This document shows positions 19,799-29,700 of a stretch of 64,000 nucleotides of DNA, piece after piece. The DNA lies in the NCBI GenBank assembly GCA_963663385.2, contig CAXXXD010000002.1, positions 192,001 through 256,000 of the forward strand. The letters are read 5' to 3'. The notes under the pieces are model-generated. The model was not told the DNA's origin and did no database searches. It saw only the letters and a list, made by a program, of their open reading frames with translations. The DNA comes from Oceanispirochaeta sp. GTDB lineage: Bacteria > Spirochaetota > Spirochaetia > DSM-2461. Within the stretch, counting starts at the first letter, position 1. Each line of letters begins with the position of its first letter. Both the position numbers and the translations under genes were made by a program.

Positions 19799-20437
19799 TC
19801 AGTCAATCATGGATTTCAGCCGCTCCCGGGTCCGCCAGTGATGATCCATCATCCTCTGCTGGGCCAGCTCGGGGTTTTTCTGGCGGATAGCCTCTATAAT
19901 GGCTCTGTGTTCCGGAAGAGTTTCTTCCGGGTTTCTGATCAGTCCCTTCTGATAACACCGCAGGATAAATTCGAAATTCCGGATAAAGTCCAGGATGATT
20001 CTGTTGTCGGACTGCTTCAGAATGGCGGCATGAAACTCCTGGTCTTTTTTCTGATAGGTCTTATACTGCTTTTCCGTAATCGGCTCGGTAAACCCGTCAA
20101 AGAGGGAGAGAATCTTTTCCCATTGGGCATCATCCAGTTTTTCCATACAGATATGGATAGCCGTCCCTTCCAGCCCGGCCCGGACGGCAAACAGTTCCAT
20201 AAGATCCTTATTGGTAAATACACGGACGAACAGTTCCCGTTTTTCCTTCTGTTCAATAATCCCCTCCTGAACAAGTCGCGAAAGGGCTTCGCTTACAGGG
20301 GTCATACTGACTCCAAGCAGATCAGCCAGCTCTTTTTTCTGTATCCTCTGGCCTGCCTGAAGATCATTGTTCAGAAGCATTTTGACAATCTGGTCGTACA
20401 CTAGATCTCCCAAAGCAGCTTTGGCGATACGGCTCAT
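19799..20437 (-). CDS. GntR-family regulator (FCD domain)
   Basis: LADLLGVSMTPVSEAL HTH; DQEFH, EHRAII, MMDH. Confidence 0.92.
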   Translation of the reverse strand: MSRIAKAALGDLVYDQIVKMLLNNDLQAGQRIQKKELADLLGVSMTPVSEALSRLVQEGIIEQKEKRELFVRVFTNKDLMELFAVRAGLEGTAIHICMEKLDDAQWEKILSLFDGFTEPITEKQYKTYQKKDQEFHAAILKQSDNRIILDFIRNFEFILRCYQKGLIRNPEETLPEHRAIIEAIRQKNPELAQQRMMDHHWRTRERLKSMID

Positions 20438-21078
20438 CTTTCATACTCCCTGATTCTGTTCTGTCCGGTACGGATATGGAGTTCCATCGTCCGTTCAGCC
20501 TGATCGGGGTTGCCTTCTGCAATGGCTTTTGCTATTTTCAGATGATCTTTCAGGCTGGCATTAAAATTGATACCCGATTCATCCTGGTTGCTCAGGCTGA
20601 TTATATTGTAGGAAGATATCATCATTTTCAGCATTGTATTACGGCTCATGGACATGATCTTTTCATGAAAATCAAAATCATGGCTGTTGAAGAGGGTAAA
20701 ACCGTCCTCTCCGTTAAAATCCGGTGCATTTTCCACCAGTTCAAGGAGTCCCTTTTTCTCGGAAGCGGATCCATTTTCTGCCGCGCGTCTTGCTCCCAGA
20801 GGCTCCAGTCTCTGACGTATATCAAAAAGATTGAGTTTATCTTCCATGCTGAGCTCTTTTATATAGAATCCCCGTCTGGGTCTGCTTTCAACAAGACTCT
20901 CTTTTTCCAGTTTGGAAAAAGCAGCCAGTAGAGGCGTTCTGGATACACCCAGATTTTTCGCCATTTCTTCCTGGATCAGTTTCTGCCCCGGGATAAGCTC
21001 CCTTTTAAGGATCATCTCTTTGATGCTGGAGTATACTTTTTCCACTAAATCCGTTGTTTCGATTTTGTAAGAGGTCAT
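20434..21078 (-). CDS. GntR-family regulator (FCD domain)
   Basis: LGVSRTPLL HTH; DFDFH, DHLKI, MELHI. ATG 21078 (MTSYK) preferred. Confidence 0.92.
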   Translation of the reverse strand: MTSYKIETTDLVEKVYSSIKEMILKRELIPGQKLIQEEMAKNLGVSRTPLLAAFSKLEKESLVESRPRRGFYIKELSMEDKLNLFDIRQRLEPLGARRAAENGSASEKKGLLELVENAPDFNGEDGFTLFNSHDFDFHEKIMSMSRNTMLKMMISSYNIISLSNQDESGINFNASLKDHLKIAKAIAEGNPDQAERTMELHIRTGQNRIREYER

Positions 21079-21124
21079 AGTTCCTATATTATGCACAGTT
21101 TCCAGTAAAAAGGTCAACGTTTTT

Positions 21125-21202
21125 TTGTATTCAAAATAATTAACACAAAATTGAAATATCGGTTGACAGCTCAAAATTAGTGTGTATAAAATAATGTATA
21201 CA
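21125..21202 (+). promoter_or_regulatory. Sigma70-type promoter with candidate GntR boxes
   Basis: TTGACA 21163-21168 and TAAAAT 21187-21192. Palindromic TGTATACA 21195-21202 and near-palindromic TTGTATTCAA 21125-21134. Confidence 0.55.
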
Positions 21203-21223
21203 AAATATATCAAGGAGTATGAG

Positions 21224-22036
21224 TTGATCGGTGTATCCCCGGCATTTTACCTGTCAAAGTATGGAACCCATTTCAAGCTGTCTCATCTGCTTGAAAGTAT
21301 GACCCTTATTAAAGAGCAGGGTTTTGAAAATCTGCAGCTGGAAATCTTTCATCCGGAACAGCTGGAAGAGTGGACCGATGAAAGCTGCCGTAAGCTGAAA
21401 GAACACTCCAGGGAAAGCGGGATTGGTTTCAGTCAGTTCTGCGCGCATTTCCTTCTCGCTTCTTTTAATTCCCCAGAGTCTCTTCGTACTGACTGGGGAT
21501 ATAAAGAAGCTGATTTTCTGGGAGAAAGACTTGCTGAGTTCGGTCTGACAAAAACCGTAACCATTCCTGTAGCGGCATTTTCCGGGAATCCAGGGGATTC
21601 TGAAATGCAGGATCTGTTTCATAAAAAAATAGAGGTTTACCGGGATATCTTTACAATGAGGGACATCTCGCTGGCCCTTGAACCTCAACCGGGAAGCCTT
21701 TGCGCCGATCTTTCCTTTCTGGAACGGCATTCCGGTGTAGGGTTGAATCTGGATCCCGGTCACCTGCTCTGCAGCGGTATCGATCCGTTCTCTCTGGATT
21801 GTTCTGTTCTTTCCAGAGTCATCTCGACGCATCTGTGTGAAAATGACGGGAAGGAAAATCTTTCCTCAGCTCCGGGTACTCATGATTATCCCTGGGAAAA
21901 GCTGATGGGAAATCTTCAATCCTGCGGGTATCCGGGGTCTTATGACCTGGAAATTATCTGTCCTTCCGAAAGTGTCGGGGAGATTTACGGGGAAGCAAAA
22001 TTTTTTTTAAAACAATATTGTATGCAAAATAAATGA
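21224..22036 (+). CDS. Sugar phosphate isomerase/epimerase (xylose-isomerase-like TIM barrel)
   Basis: LALEP, NLDPGHL, HLCEND, DLEI metal motifs. TTG 21224 after AAGGAG. Confidence 0.75.
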   Translation: MIGVSPAFYLSKYGTHFKLSHLLESMTLIKEQGFENLQLEIFHPEQLEEWTDESCRKLKEHSRESGIGFSQFCAHFLLASFNSPESLRTDWGYKEADFLGERLAEFGLTKTVTIPVAAFSGNPGDSEMQDLFHKKIEVYRDIFTMRDISLALEPQPGSLCADLSFLERHSGVGLNLDPGHLLCSGIDPFSLDCSVLSRVISTHLCENDGKENLSSAPGTHDYPWEKLMGNLQSCGYPGSYDLEIICPSESVGEIYGEAKFFLKQYCMQNK

Positions 22037-22090
22037 TTTTAAAGCTGTTGGCTGCTGACAGGCAGTCAGGGTTTAAGGAGAAAGTGAAAA

Positions 22091-23065
22091 ATGAGCAGTA
22101 AACTGAGATACGGAGTCATTACAGGCTGGCTGAGCCAGAGCCAGGACCGTTTCAGAAAATACAATGCCCCTCTGACCCTTGAAGAGAAGTTTCAGATGAT
22201 GAATTCTCTTGAAAATGTAGACGGTGTCGAGCTGGTTTATCCCTATGAAGTGAATGAGCCTTCCAAGGTTAAAGAGCTTCTGAAAAAGTACGATCTGAAA
22301 ATGGCTGCGGTAAACGTCAACATCAAGTCTGAAGATGATTTCATTCACGGCAGCATCTCCCATCCCGATCCTGCGATAAGGGAAAAAGCGGTACGCTTTA
22401 TAAAGGAAGCCAAGGACTTCGCCGAAGCCGTGGGCTCCGACAAGGTCCAGTGCTGTCCTCTGGGAGACGGATACGAGTACAGCTTCCAGACCGACTATCT
22501 GGAGAGCTGGAAAAGAATCGTGCAGTGCATCAGTGAGGCTGGTGCCTACAAGCCGGAGATCCCTCTCTTCCTGGAATACAAGCCCAACGAAGTCAGGGGC
22601 AACTGCTTTCTGGAAAGCTGCGCCAAAACCCTGAGTCTTCTGTACGAAATCGGCAACAGAAGCATAGGCGTGACCCTGGATTTCGGACACTCAAAATACG
22701 GAGGGGAAACCCCCGCCGAAGCTCTGTGTCTCGTTGAGAACAGTCCGTTCCCCTACTACATCCACATTAACGACAACGACGGACGATGGGACTGGGACTA
22801 TATGTGCGGAACCAGCAACTTTCAGCTCTATGTTGAATTTATCTATTATCTTAAGCGTTTCGGCTACAGCGACTACCTGACCTCCGATACCTCTCCCACC
22901 AGAGTGGACATAAAGGAGTGTTTCGAGGCCAACGCCCGCTGGACCGATAAAATATGGCAGATTCTGGACTCCCTGGACGAAGAAGAGCTGAAAAGGCTTC
23001 TCAACCAGACGGATTTCACCAGAAACTGGAAGTTCCTGGAAAATGAGGTGTTTTTCAGAAACTAG
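22091..23065 (+). CDS. Xylose-isomerase-like TIM-barrel sugar isomerase
   Basis: LEYKPNE, TLDFGH, IHINDNDGRWDWD. Confidence 0.85.
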   Translation: MSSKLRYGVITGWLSQSQDRFRKYNAPLTLEEKFQMMNSLENVDGVELVYPYEVNEPSKVKELLKKYDLKMAAVNVNIKSEDDFIHGSISHPDPAIREKAVRFIKEAKDFAEAVGSDKVQCCPLGDGYEYSFQTDYLESWKRIVQCISEAGAYKPEIPLFLEYKPNEVRGNCFLESCAKTLSLLYEIGNRSIGVTLDFGHSKYGGETPAEALCLVENSPFPYYIHINDNDGRWDWDYMCGTSNFQLYVEFIYYLKRFGYSDYLTSDTSPTRVDIKECFEANARWTDKIWQILDSLDEEELKRLLNQTDFTRNWKFLENEVFFRN

Positions 23066-23157
23066 GGAGAGGGTATCCGGATTGGCATGACCGGAATCCT
23101 GAAAATATGGATTACGCAGATTCGTATGGGTCTGTTAAAATATGAAAGGAGTTTTAT

Positions 23158-24162
23158 ATGAAGAAACTGTTTGTACTTGTTTTATGTCTGACTGCACTTT
23201 CCGGGATGGTATTTGCGGAAGGTCAGGGTGAATATCCCGAAAGAGATATTACAAATGTCCTCGTATGGGGCGCCGGCGGCGGTACTGATACCTGTAACCG
23301 TGTGGTTATGGCCGAAATGGCAAAAGAGCTTGGTGTAAATATCAATGTTGTAAATAAGCCCGGTGGAGTGGCCGGTTCCGTAGGTATGAGCGATGCTTTC
23401 GCCAAAGAGTCTGACGGATACACTATCTGCGGTCTTTCCGAGTCCTGTGTTACTTCTGCTGTAATGGGCGGATTCCCCGAAAGAATGAACGTATGGGATT
23501 TCTTTATCATCGGCGGTTCTCCCGATATCGTTTCTGTAACACCCGATGCTCCCTATAATACAATCAAAGACCTGGTTGAAGCTGCCAAGGCAGCTCCCGG
23601 TACCATCCGGGCCGGAGCCGGAGGAGCCGGTTCTATCCATCATCTGAACCTTCTGGCTCTTATGAACGGAACAGGCGCTGAATTCAACTTCATTCCCTAT
23701 GACGGTTCCGCTCCCTCTCAGACTGCCGCCATGACCGGGGAAATCACAGTTGTTGTAACTTCTGCTGCAGAGCAGGCTCAGCTGATCCGCGGCGGAAAGC
23801 TGAAACCCCTGGGAATGCTCGTACCCGATGCGTTTGACCTCAGCGGAACTGAAGTTCCCTCTGCTTTTTCTGCCTACCCCGAGCTGAGCCAATACCTTCC
23901 CATCTCTCAGGCTATCGGCTTCGCCATCAAAAAAGATGCAGACGAAGCTATCAAGGAAAAACTGAGAAATGCCTTCACCGTATCGATGAGCTCCAAAGCT
24001 GTAACTGACTTCGGTAGGGAAAATTTCTACATCCTGTCCGGTGCCTACGGCGACAAAGCCAACAAGGTATTCGACAGCCTGGAAGCCAACTTTGCCTGGA
24101 CCCTTCAGGATCTGGGGGCTGCCAAGGTTGATCCCGCTTCTCTGGGAATCCCCAAACTGTAA
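23158..24162 (+). CDS. tctC: Tripartite tricarboxylate transporter substrate-binding protein (TctC/Bug)
   Basis: Signal peptide, then YPERDI, WGAGGGTD, VVNKPGG, DGYT, IPYDGS. Confidence 0.9.
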   Translation: MKKLFVLVLCLTALSGMVFAEGQGEYPERDITNVLVWGAGGGTDTCNRVVMAEMAKELGVNINVVNKPGGVAGSVGMSDAFAKESDGYTICGLSESCVTSAVMGGFPERMNVWDFFIIGGSPDIVSVTPDAPYNTIKDLVEAAKAAPGTIRAGAGGAGSIHHLNLLALMNGTGAEFNFIPYDGSAPSQTAAMTGEITVVVTSAAEQAQLIRGGKLKPLGMLVPDAFDLSGTEVPSAFSAYPELSQYLPISQAIGFAIKKDADEAIKEKLRNAFTVSMSSKAVTDFGRENFYILSGAYGDKANKVFDSLEANFAWTLQDLGAAKVDPASLGIPKL

Positions 24163-24200
24163 GACAGCTTCCGATAATCGAGGGGGGGGGGCTTTCCGCT

Positions 24201-24234
24201 CCCTCACTCTTTCCTCTCCCAGCCGGGAGAGGGG
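24201..24234. repeat. REP-like hairpin between tctC and tctB
   Basis: CCCTCAC...CCTCTCCC-agcc-GGGAGAGGGG. Confidence 0.55.
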
Positions 24235-24262
24235 CTAAGATTGTCAATTTTAAAAAGGAAAT

Positions 24263-25015
24263 GTGATAATGGAAGAAAACAAGCTTCGTCAATATGACTT
24301 TGTTACAAGCATCGGTCTGTTACTGTTCGGGCTGTGGGAGCTGACGGAAGCTTTCAAAATGCCAATGAAAGACTCCTATGGCGGTGTACAGAGCGTCTGG
24401 TATGTATCCCCGGCTCTAATGCCTCTTTTTATCGGAGGCGGAATCATTCTGCTGGGTATTACTTTGCTGATTCACTCAATTCGAACCGGAGGCGCAGCCT
24501 CTTTTATTACTGCTGTTAAAGGATCCTCTCATTTAAAACTGACTGAAGAAACAAGACGGATCTTTTCGGTTGTTCTTGGACTGGCAACGTTAATTTATCT
24601 TTATATCCCCCATGTCGATTTTTATTTAAGTCTTGCTCTGTTTCTGCTCTTTGTCTGCTCTGCATTCTATGCGGACAATGAAGCATTCAGAATGAAATTC
24701 ACAAGGCACTTCCTTGCAGGAAGCCTTATATTTACACTCCTGGTTACTACAGGGCTGGATGACCTTCTCAAGGGTATTCTGAAATATAACGTGGATATTC
24801 TGGCTCTGCTGTTTATTATTTATCTGAATAGGACAGCCCGGTTTATTGGGAAGAAACTGGAAATCCCTGCAAAGGTGTTCCGGACCGTAACATGGGTTTC
24901 TCTTATGGTTCCCCTGATTCTGTGTCCTGTTTTCCGTTACTTTCTGCTTGTTCCCCTTCCTGTGGAGGGAGGAATCATTAAACTGATGAACCTGGTCTAT
25001 TACGCCATTCGATAA
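24263..25015 (+). CDS. tctB: TctB-like small membrane subunit (extended)
   Basis: Multi-TM protein between tctC and tctA; SPALMP and C-terminal FRYFLLVPLP motifs. Confidence 0.75.
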   Translation: MIMEENKLRQYDFVTSIGLLLFGLWELTEAFKMPMKDSYGGVQSVWYVSPALMPLFIGGGIILLGITLLIHSIRTGGAASFITAVKGSSHLKLTEETRRIFSVVLGLATLIYLYIPHVDFYLSLALFLLFVCSAFYADNEAFRMKFTRHFLAGSLIFTLLVTTGLDDLLKGILKYNVDILALLFIIYLNRTARFIGKKLEIPAKVFRTVTWVSLMVPLILCPVFRYFLLVPLPVEGGIIKLMNLVYYAIR

Positions 25016-25027
25016 ACGGAGGAAATT

Positions 25028-26566
25028 ATGGGTTTTCTGGAACCTTTACAGATATTCTTTACCAACATGGGAGCCATGCTGCTGAGTCCGGTTACCATGC
25101 TGATCCTCTTCGGATCTGTTATTATGGGTATTATTTTCGGTGCCACGCCAGGCCTGACAGCTACCCTTGGTGTTGCCCTTCTGACAACACTGACCTACGG
25201 AATGGATCATTCAATGGCTATGGTGGCCTTGATGGGAATCTATGTAGGCGGTGTTTACGGCGGCAGCTACACAGCTATCCTTGTCAATATTCCCGGTACG
25301 GCTGCTTCCGCCGCAACGGCTCTGGACGGTTATCCCCTGGCTAAAAAAGGTCAGGCCGGGAGAGCTCTGGGACTGACAACAACGGCATCGGCTATCGGGA
25401 CATTCATCGGGATGATGTTTGTTGTACTTCTTTCGCCGGTAATATCCGCCCTGGCCCTTGAGTTTACTTCTTTCGAATTCTTTCTGCTGGCCCTGTTCGG
25501 AATTATCATCAGCGGTACCCTGACCAGTCATGACCTGGTATACAAAGGCTGGATAGCCGGATTTATAGGTCTCTTTATGGCTACTATCGGGCGTGATACC
25601 CTTCAGTTCTTTCCCCGTTATACAATGGGTATGAGCGAACTGGAAGGCGGACTGGATCTGGTTCCGGTCCTGATCGGTGCTTTCGGCATTCCCCAGATTA
25701 TCCAGACCATCAGGGATAATCTCAAGATTGGAAAGACCCAGGCTTTCAGGAAAATACTGCCGGACTTCAAAACCATCGGAAGAAACGTTCCCTCAATCAT
25801 CCGTTCGTCCCTGATCGGCGTGGGGATCGGTGCAGTTCCCGGTATCGGTGAAGACATTGCCGGCTGGGTTTCTTATGGTGCGGCTAAAAAAGCCAGTAGA
25901 CATCCCGAAGAATTCGGTAACGGGTCTGTTGAGGCTGTTATCTCTACCGAAACGGCCAACAACTCCTGTATCGGCGGAGCTATGATTCCTCTGCTGAACC
26001 TGGGAATCCCCGGCAGTCCTCCCGCAGCCATGCTTCTCGGAGCCCTGATGCTGCACGGAATACAGCCCGGACCTATGCTGAGTATAGATCATCCGACCTT
26101 TATTCTGGATATTACAGCTATTCTGCTGCTGGCATCCGTGGCCATGTGGGTGTGCGGTATTCTTCTGGCCAAGCAGGTTGTCAAGGTGCTTCAGATTCCT
26201 ACGGCTCTGTTTATGCCGGTTATCGCGGTACTGTGTATTATCGGTTCCTATGCTTTGGGTACCAGGGTCTTTAACCTCTATCTGATGCTGCCGATCGGTA
26301 TTCTGGCCTATTTCCTGTCGGAGATGAAGTACCCTATTGCGCCGCTGATTATCGGTGTCATTCTGGGAGATATGTGTGATTCAAACCTGAGACGGGCTTT
26401 GATGGTATCAAAGGGAAGCTTTGCTCCTGTATTTACCAGACCCGTATCGCTGGTTCTCTTTCTGATTATTCTGCTTCTGATACTTGGACAGATTCCGGCT
26501 TTTCAGAGATTTCAGGCCAAAATGAAGGAACAGTTTTTATCACTGGTAAAAAAAAAGGTAATGTAG
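25028..26566 (+). CDS. tctA: Tripartite tricarboxylate transporter large permease
   Basis: GATPGL, NIPGT, DGYPLA, ETANN, LGIPGS, GIQPGP. Confidence 0.93.
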   Translation: MGFLEPLQIFFTNMGAMLLSPVTMLILFGSVIMGIIFGATPGLTATLGVALLTTLTYGMDHSMAMVALMGIYVGGVYGGSYTAILVNIPGTAASAATALDGYPLAKKGQAGRALGLTTTASAIGTFIGMMFVVLLSPVISALALEFTSFEFFLLALFGIIISGTLTSHDLVYKGWIAGFIGLFMATIGRDTLQFFPRYTMGMSELEGGLDLVPVLIGAFGIPQIIQTIRDNLKIGKTQAFRKILPDFKTIGRNVPSIIRSSLIGVGIGAVPGIGEDIAGWVSYGAAKKASRHPEEFGNGSVEAVISTETANNSCIGGAMIPLLNLGIPGSPPAAMLLGALMLHGIQPGPMLSIDHPTFILDITAILLLASVAMWVCGILLAKQVVKVLQIPTALFMPVIAVLCIIGSYALGTRVFNLYLMLPIGILAYFLSEMKYPIAPLIIGVILGDMCDSNLRRALMVSKGSFAPVFTRPVSLVLFLIILLLILGQIPAFQRFQAKMKEQFLSLVKKKVM

Positions 26567-26699
26567 AAGCTTAGGGCTTTAAATTGCAGGATTTTCTGCC
26601 CTGATATACAGGGCGGATATGTAATAATAAACAATAGTAAACTAAAAGATTGCTAAAAACAAGGAAATCCTCTAAAAAAGGGGTGCTCAGGAGTAGCAA

Positions 26700-27536
26700 A
26701 TGAACAAACAGGAAAAAGTGACCTACCTTAAAGGTAAGGCTCAGGAGCTGAGAAAAACAGCATTAACCATGATTCACGCAGCCCGGTCGGGACACCCGGG
26801 TGGTTCCCTCTCTGCGGCAGATTATATGGCAGCCCTCTATTTTGATGAGCTGAATATCAAAGCGGATGACCCCAGGTGGGCCGACCGTGACCGTTTCGTC
26901 CTTTCCAAAGGACATGTCTGCCCCATCCTTTACTCATCACTGGCCCTGCGGAACTTCTTCCCCTGGGATACCATCTATACCCTGCGTAAACAGGGTTCCA
27001 TTCTTCAGGGACATCCCGATATGAAAGTCTGTCCCGGTGTGGATATTTCAACCGGATCTCTGGGGCAGGGACTGTCTACAGCCGTTGGTATGGCCATAGC
27101 CGGAAAACGGGACAAGAAAAACTACAGGGTTTTCTGTGTAGTTGGTGATGGTGAGTGTAACGAAGGTCAGATATGGGAAGCCACCATGACAGCCGTTAAG
27201 TATGAACTGGATAACCTGGTTATCTTTGTGGATAACAACAACCTGCAGAATGATAATACCTGTGATGTGGTTATGCCTACGGGAGACCTCCGGGGTAAAT
27301 TCGAAGTATTCGGCTGTGAAGCCCACGGTATCAACGGACATGAAATGGAAGAGATTGTAGATGTTCTGGATACAGTCAGAGAGAGCAAAAACGGCAAACC
27401 CAAAGTAATCGTCGGCAAAACGGTGAAGGGCAAGGGTGTTTCCTTTATGGAAAATGTGGTTATGTGGCATGGGGTAGCTCCCAATGATGAACAGTTTGAA
27501 CAGGCTGTGAAAGAAGTTGAGGGGGTAACAGTATAA
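26700..27536 (+). CDS. Transketolase, N-terminal (TPP-binding) subunit
   Basis: SGHPGGSLS, DRFVLSKGH, LQGHP, TGSLGQG, GDGECNEGQIWE. Confidence 0.95.
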   Translation: MNKQEKVTYLKGKAQELRKTALTMIHAARSGHPGGSLSAADYMAALYFDELNIKADDPRWADRDRFVLSKGHVCPILYSSLALRNFFPWDTIYTLRKQGSILQGHPDMKVCPGVDISTGSLGQGLSTAVGMAIAGKRDKKNYRVFCVVGDGECNEGQIWEATMTAVKYELDNLVIFVDNNNLQNDNTCDVVMPTGDLRGKFEVFGCEAHGINGHEMEEIVDVLDTVRESKNGKPKVIVGKTVKGKGVSFMENVVMWHGVAPNDEQFEQAVKEVEGVTV

Positions 27537-28465
27537 TGGAAGGCAGAGCAACAAGAGACGCTTACGGAGAAGAGATCCTTGCCCTGGGTAAGGAAAACTC
27601 CAATATCTATATAGTTGATGCGGATATCGGAAAGTCCTGCAAAACAGTACCTTTTTTTGAGCAGCTCCCTGATCAGCATGTGAATGTGGGAATCTCCGAA
27701 CAGGATGCAGCCGGTGTGGGTGCCGGTCTGGCCACCTGCGGCAAGATCCCCTTTGTAACAACCTATGCCGTATTCGGTTCCATGAGAATGAGTGAGCAGA
27801 TCCGTCAGGAAATCTGCTACCCCAAACTGAATGTCAAGATTGCCTGTTCCCACGGCGGATTTACCCCCGCCAATGATGGAGCCAGTCACCAATGTATCGA
27901 AGATATGGGAATTCTCCGGACCATCCCCAATATGACCGTAATTATGCCGGCTGATTATTATGCAGCTAAAAAACTGGTACGGGAAGCGGCTTATTTCGAC
28001 GGTCCGGTATACCTCCGTTTCACCCGCGACCCGATTCCCTTCATCTACGATGAAAACGCCAAATTTGAAATTGGTAAGGCCTATCCCCTGAAAGAGGGGA
28101 AGGATGTGGCCATTATCGCCAACGGAGATATCATGTCCCGCGCCGTAAAAGCGGCGGAAGAGCTGGAAGCCCAGGGCGTATCCGTTCGTCTGCTGGATAT
28201 GCACACCATTAAGCCCCTGGACAAGGAAGCCGTTGCCAAATGTATTGATGAGATTGGAAAAATCATCACCGTGGAAGATCACAATATTCTGAACGGCCTG
28301 GGAAGCGCCGTCTGTGAAATGGTTGCCGAAAAGGGAACCGGTATCGTTAAACGGATCGGAATCCAGGACAACTTCGGAGAGTCCGCCCCTTACGAGTTCC
28401 TGCTGGATAAAAACGGCATTACTGTAGATAATATTGTAGCTTCAGCAAAAGAGATGCTGAAATAA
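27536..28465 (+). CDS. Transketolase, C-terminal subunit
   Basis: GISEQ, DGASHQ, GPVYLR, IKPLD, VEDH. Confidence 0.95.
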   Translation: MEGRATRDAYGEEILALGKENSNIYIVDADIGKSCKTVPFFEQLPDQHVNVGISEQDAAGVGAGLATCGKIPFVTTYAVFGSMRMSEQIRQEICYPKLNVKIACSHGGFTPANDGASHQCIEDMGILRTIPNMTVIMPADYYAAKKLVREAAYFDGPVYLRFTRDPIPFIYDENAKFEIGKAYPLKEGKDVAIIANGDIMSRAVKAAEELEAQGVSVRLLDMHTIKPLDKEAVAKCIDEIGKIITVEDHNILNGLGSAVCEMVAEKGTGIVKRIGIQDNFGESAPYEFLLDKNGITVDNIVASAKEMLK

Positions 28466-28505
28466 ACGAGACAGATTTTCAACTGTCTCCGGGCCCCTCT
28501 TTTCC

Positions 28506-28630
28506 GGACCCCTCTCTGTCTCCCCTCAGGGGAGATGTAATTCAAATATATTCTTTTCCTTTGAAGGAGCAGAAAGTGGTACTGGATATGTGAATTCACA
28601 CCCCTCTTGAGGAGGGGCCGGGGGAGGTCC
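28506..28630. repeat. REPIN-like element: two inverted C/G-rich REP hairpins with a spacer
   Basis: GGACCCCTCTC..TCTCCCC-tca-GGGGAGATGT ... CACACCCCTCTTGAGGAGGGG..GGGGGAGGTCC. Homologous to the reverse complement of 34185-34260. Confidence 0.7.
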
Positions 28631-28666
28631 GGGGGGCAGTGATATCTGGTTATATAAGGAATAAAA

Positions 28667-29623
28667 ATGAAAATTGTTGTATTAGACGGTTACACCCTCA
28701 ACCCCGGTGATCTGAACTGGGAGGGGATGAAAGCCCTTGGGGATTTTACCTGTTATGATCGGACTGAAAACAGTGAAATAGTGAACCGGATAGGTGATGC
28801 GGAAGCTGTTATCATTAATAAAACACCCCTGACGAAAGAGACTCTGGATGCCTGTCCCGGTATTAAATACATAGGCGTCCTGGCTACCGGGTACAATGTG
28901 GTGGATGTGGAAGCCGCTGCGGCAAAAGGAATTCCCGTGTGCAATATTCCCACCTATGGAACAACCGCTGTATCCCAGTTTGCCTTTGCCCTGCTGCTGA
29001 ATATCTGTCATCACGTGCAGGAGCATTCCGATACGGTACATGCCGGAGACTGGACAAAATGTCAGGACTTCTGTTACTGGAACTTTCCCCTGACAGAACT
29101 GGCCGGCAAAACACTCGGCATTATCGGGTATGGACGGATCGGGCAGGCAACAGCCAAAATCGCCCGGGGATTCAGTATGAAGGTTCTGGCATACGATGAG
29201 TATCAGAACAAGGACCTGGAGAACGAGGATATGTCCTATGCTCCCCTGGATGATGTTCTGGCCAAGTCGGATATGATCTCCCTGCACTGTCCTCTCTTCC
29301 CTTCTACCGAAGGGATCATCAACAGGGACAATATTGCCAGGATGAAAGACGGGGTCATTATTATAAATACTTCCAGAGGTCCCCTGATTGTGGAACAGGA
29401 TCTGGCGGATGCTCTGAACAGCGGAAAGGTGAGGGCTGCCGGTCTGGATGTTGTTTCAACCGAACCTATCAAGGCGGACAATGTGCTTCTGAAGGCAAAG
29501 AACTGTATTCTCACGCCCCATATTGCCTGGGCTCCCCAGGAGTCAAGGGCACGGTTAATGAGTATTGCCGTGGATAACCTGAAGGGTTTTCTGAATGGCA
29601 AAGTGATTAATCAGGTGAATTAA
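28667..29623 (+). CDS. D-2-hydroxyacid dehydrogenase (glycerate dehydrogenase/hydroxypyruvate reductase-like)
   Basis: LATGYNVVD, GYGRIG, SLHCPL, NTSRG, TPHIAW. Confidence 0.92.
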   Translation: MKIVVLDGYTLNPGDLNWEGMKALGDFTCYDRTENSEIVNRIGDAEAVIINKTPLTKETLDACPGIKYIGVLATGYNVVDVEAAAAKGIPVCNIPTYGTTAVSQFAFALLLNICHHVQEHSDTVHAGDWTKCQDFCYWNFPLTELAGKTLGIIGYGRIGQATAKIARGFSMKVLAYDEYQNKDLENEDMSYAPLDDVLAKSDMISLHCPLFPSTEGIINRDNIARMKDGVIIINTSRGPLIVEQDLADALNSGKVRAAGLDVVSTEPIKADNVLLKAKNCILTPHIAWAPQESRARLMSIAVDNLKGFLNGKVINQVN

Positions 29624-29655
29624 GCTTCCCTTTTCTCTATATAAATATTGATTTC

Positions 29656-29699
29656 GGACCGGAAGTGTATCTCCTCCGTTAGGCTTCCGGTCCTTTTTT
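29656..29699. terminator. Probable bidirectional intrinsic terminator
   Basis: GGACCGGAAG...CTTCCGGTCC followed by a T-run, between convergent genes. Confidence 0.65.
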
Positions 29700-29700
29700 A

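Noticed and set aside
21079..21213. N-terminal extension of the GntR ORF given in the track
   Set aside because: Runs through the divergent promoter; GntR homology begins near ATG 21078.
24182..24191. G10 tract as a phase-variation site
   Set aside because: Intergenic, next to a REP-like hairpin, not in an ORF or an identifiable promoter spacer.
23182..24207. 341-aa minus-strand ORF
   Set aside because: Antisense shadow of tctC.
27530..27540. Frameshifted transketolase pseudogene
   Set aside because: TAATG stop-start coupling with an upstream GAGGGG RBS; split transketolases are a normal family.
27167..28282. 371-aa minus-strand ORF
   Set aside because: Antisense shadow of the transketolase genes.
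28506..28630. CRISPR array or IS ends
   Set aside because: No regularly spaced direct repeats, cas genes or transposase; better explained as REP-like.
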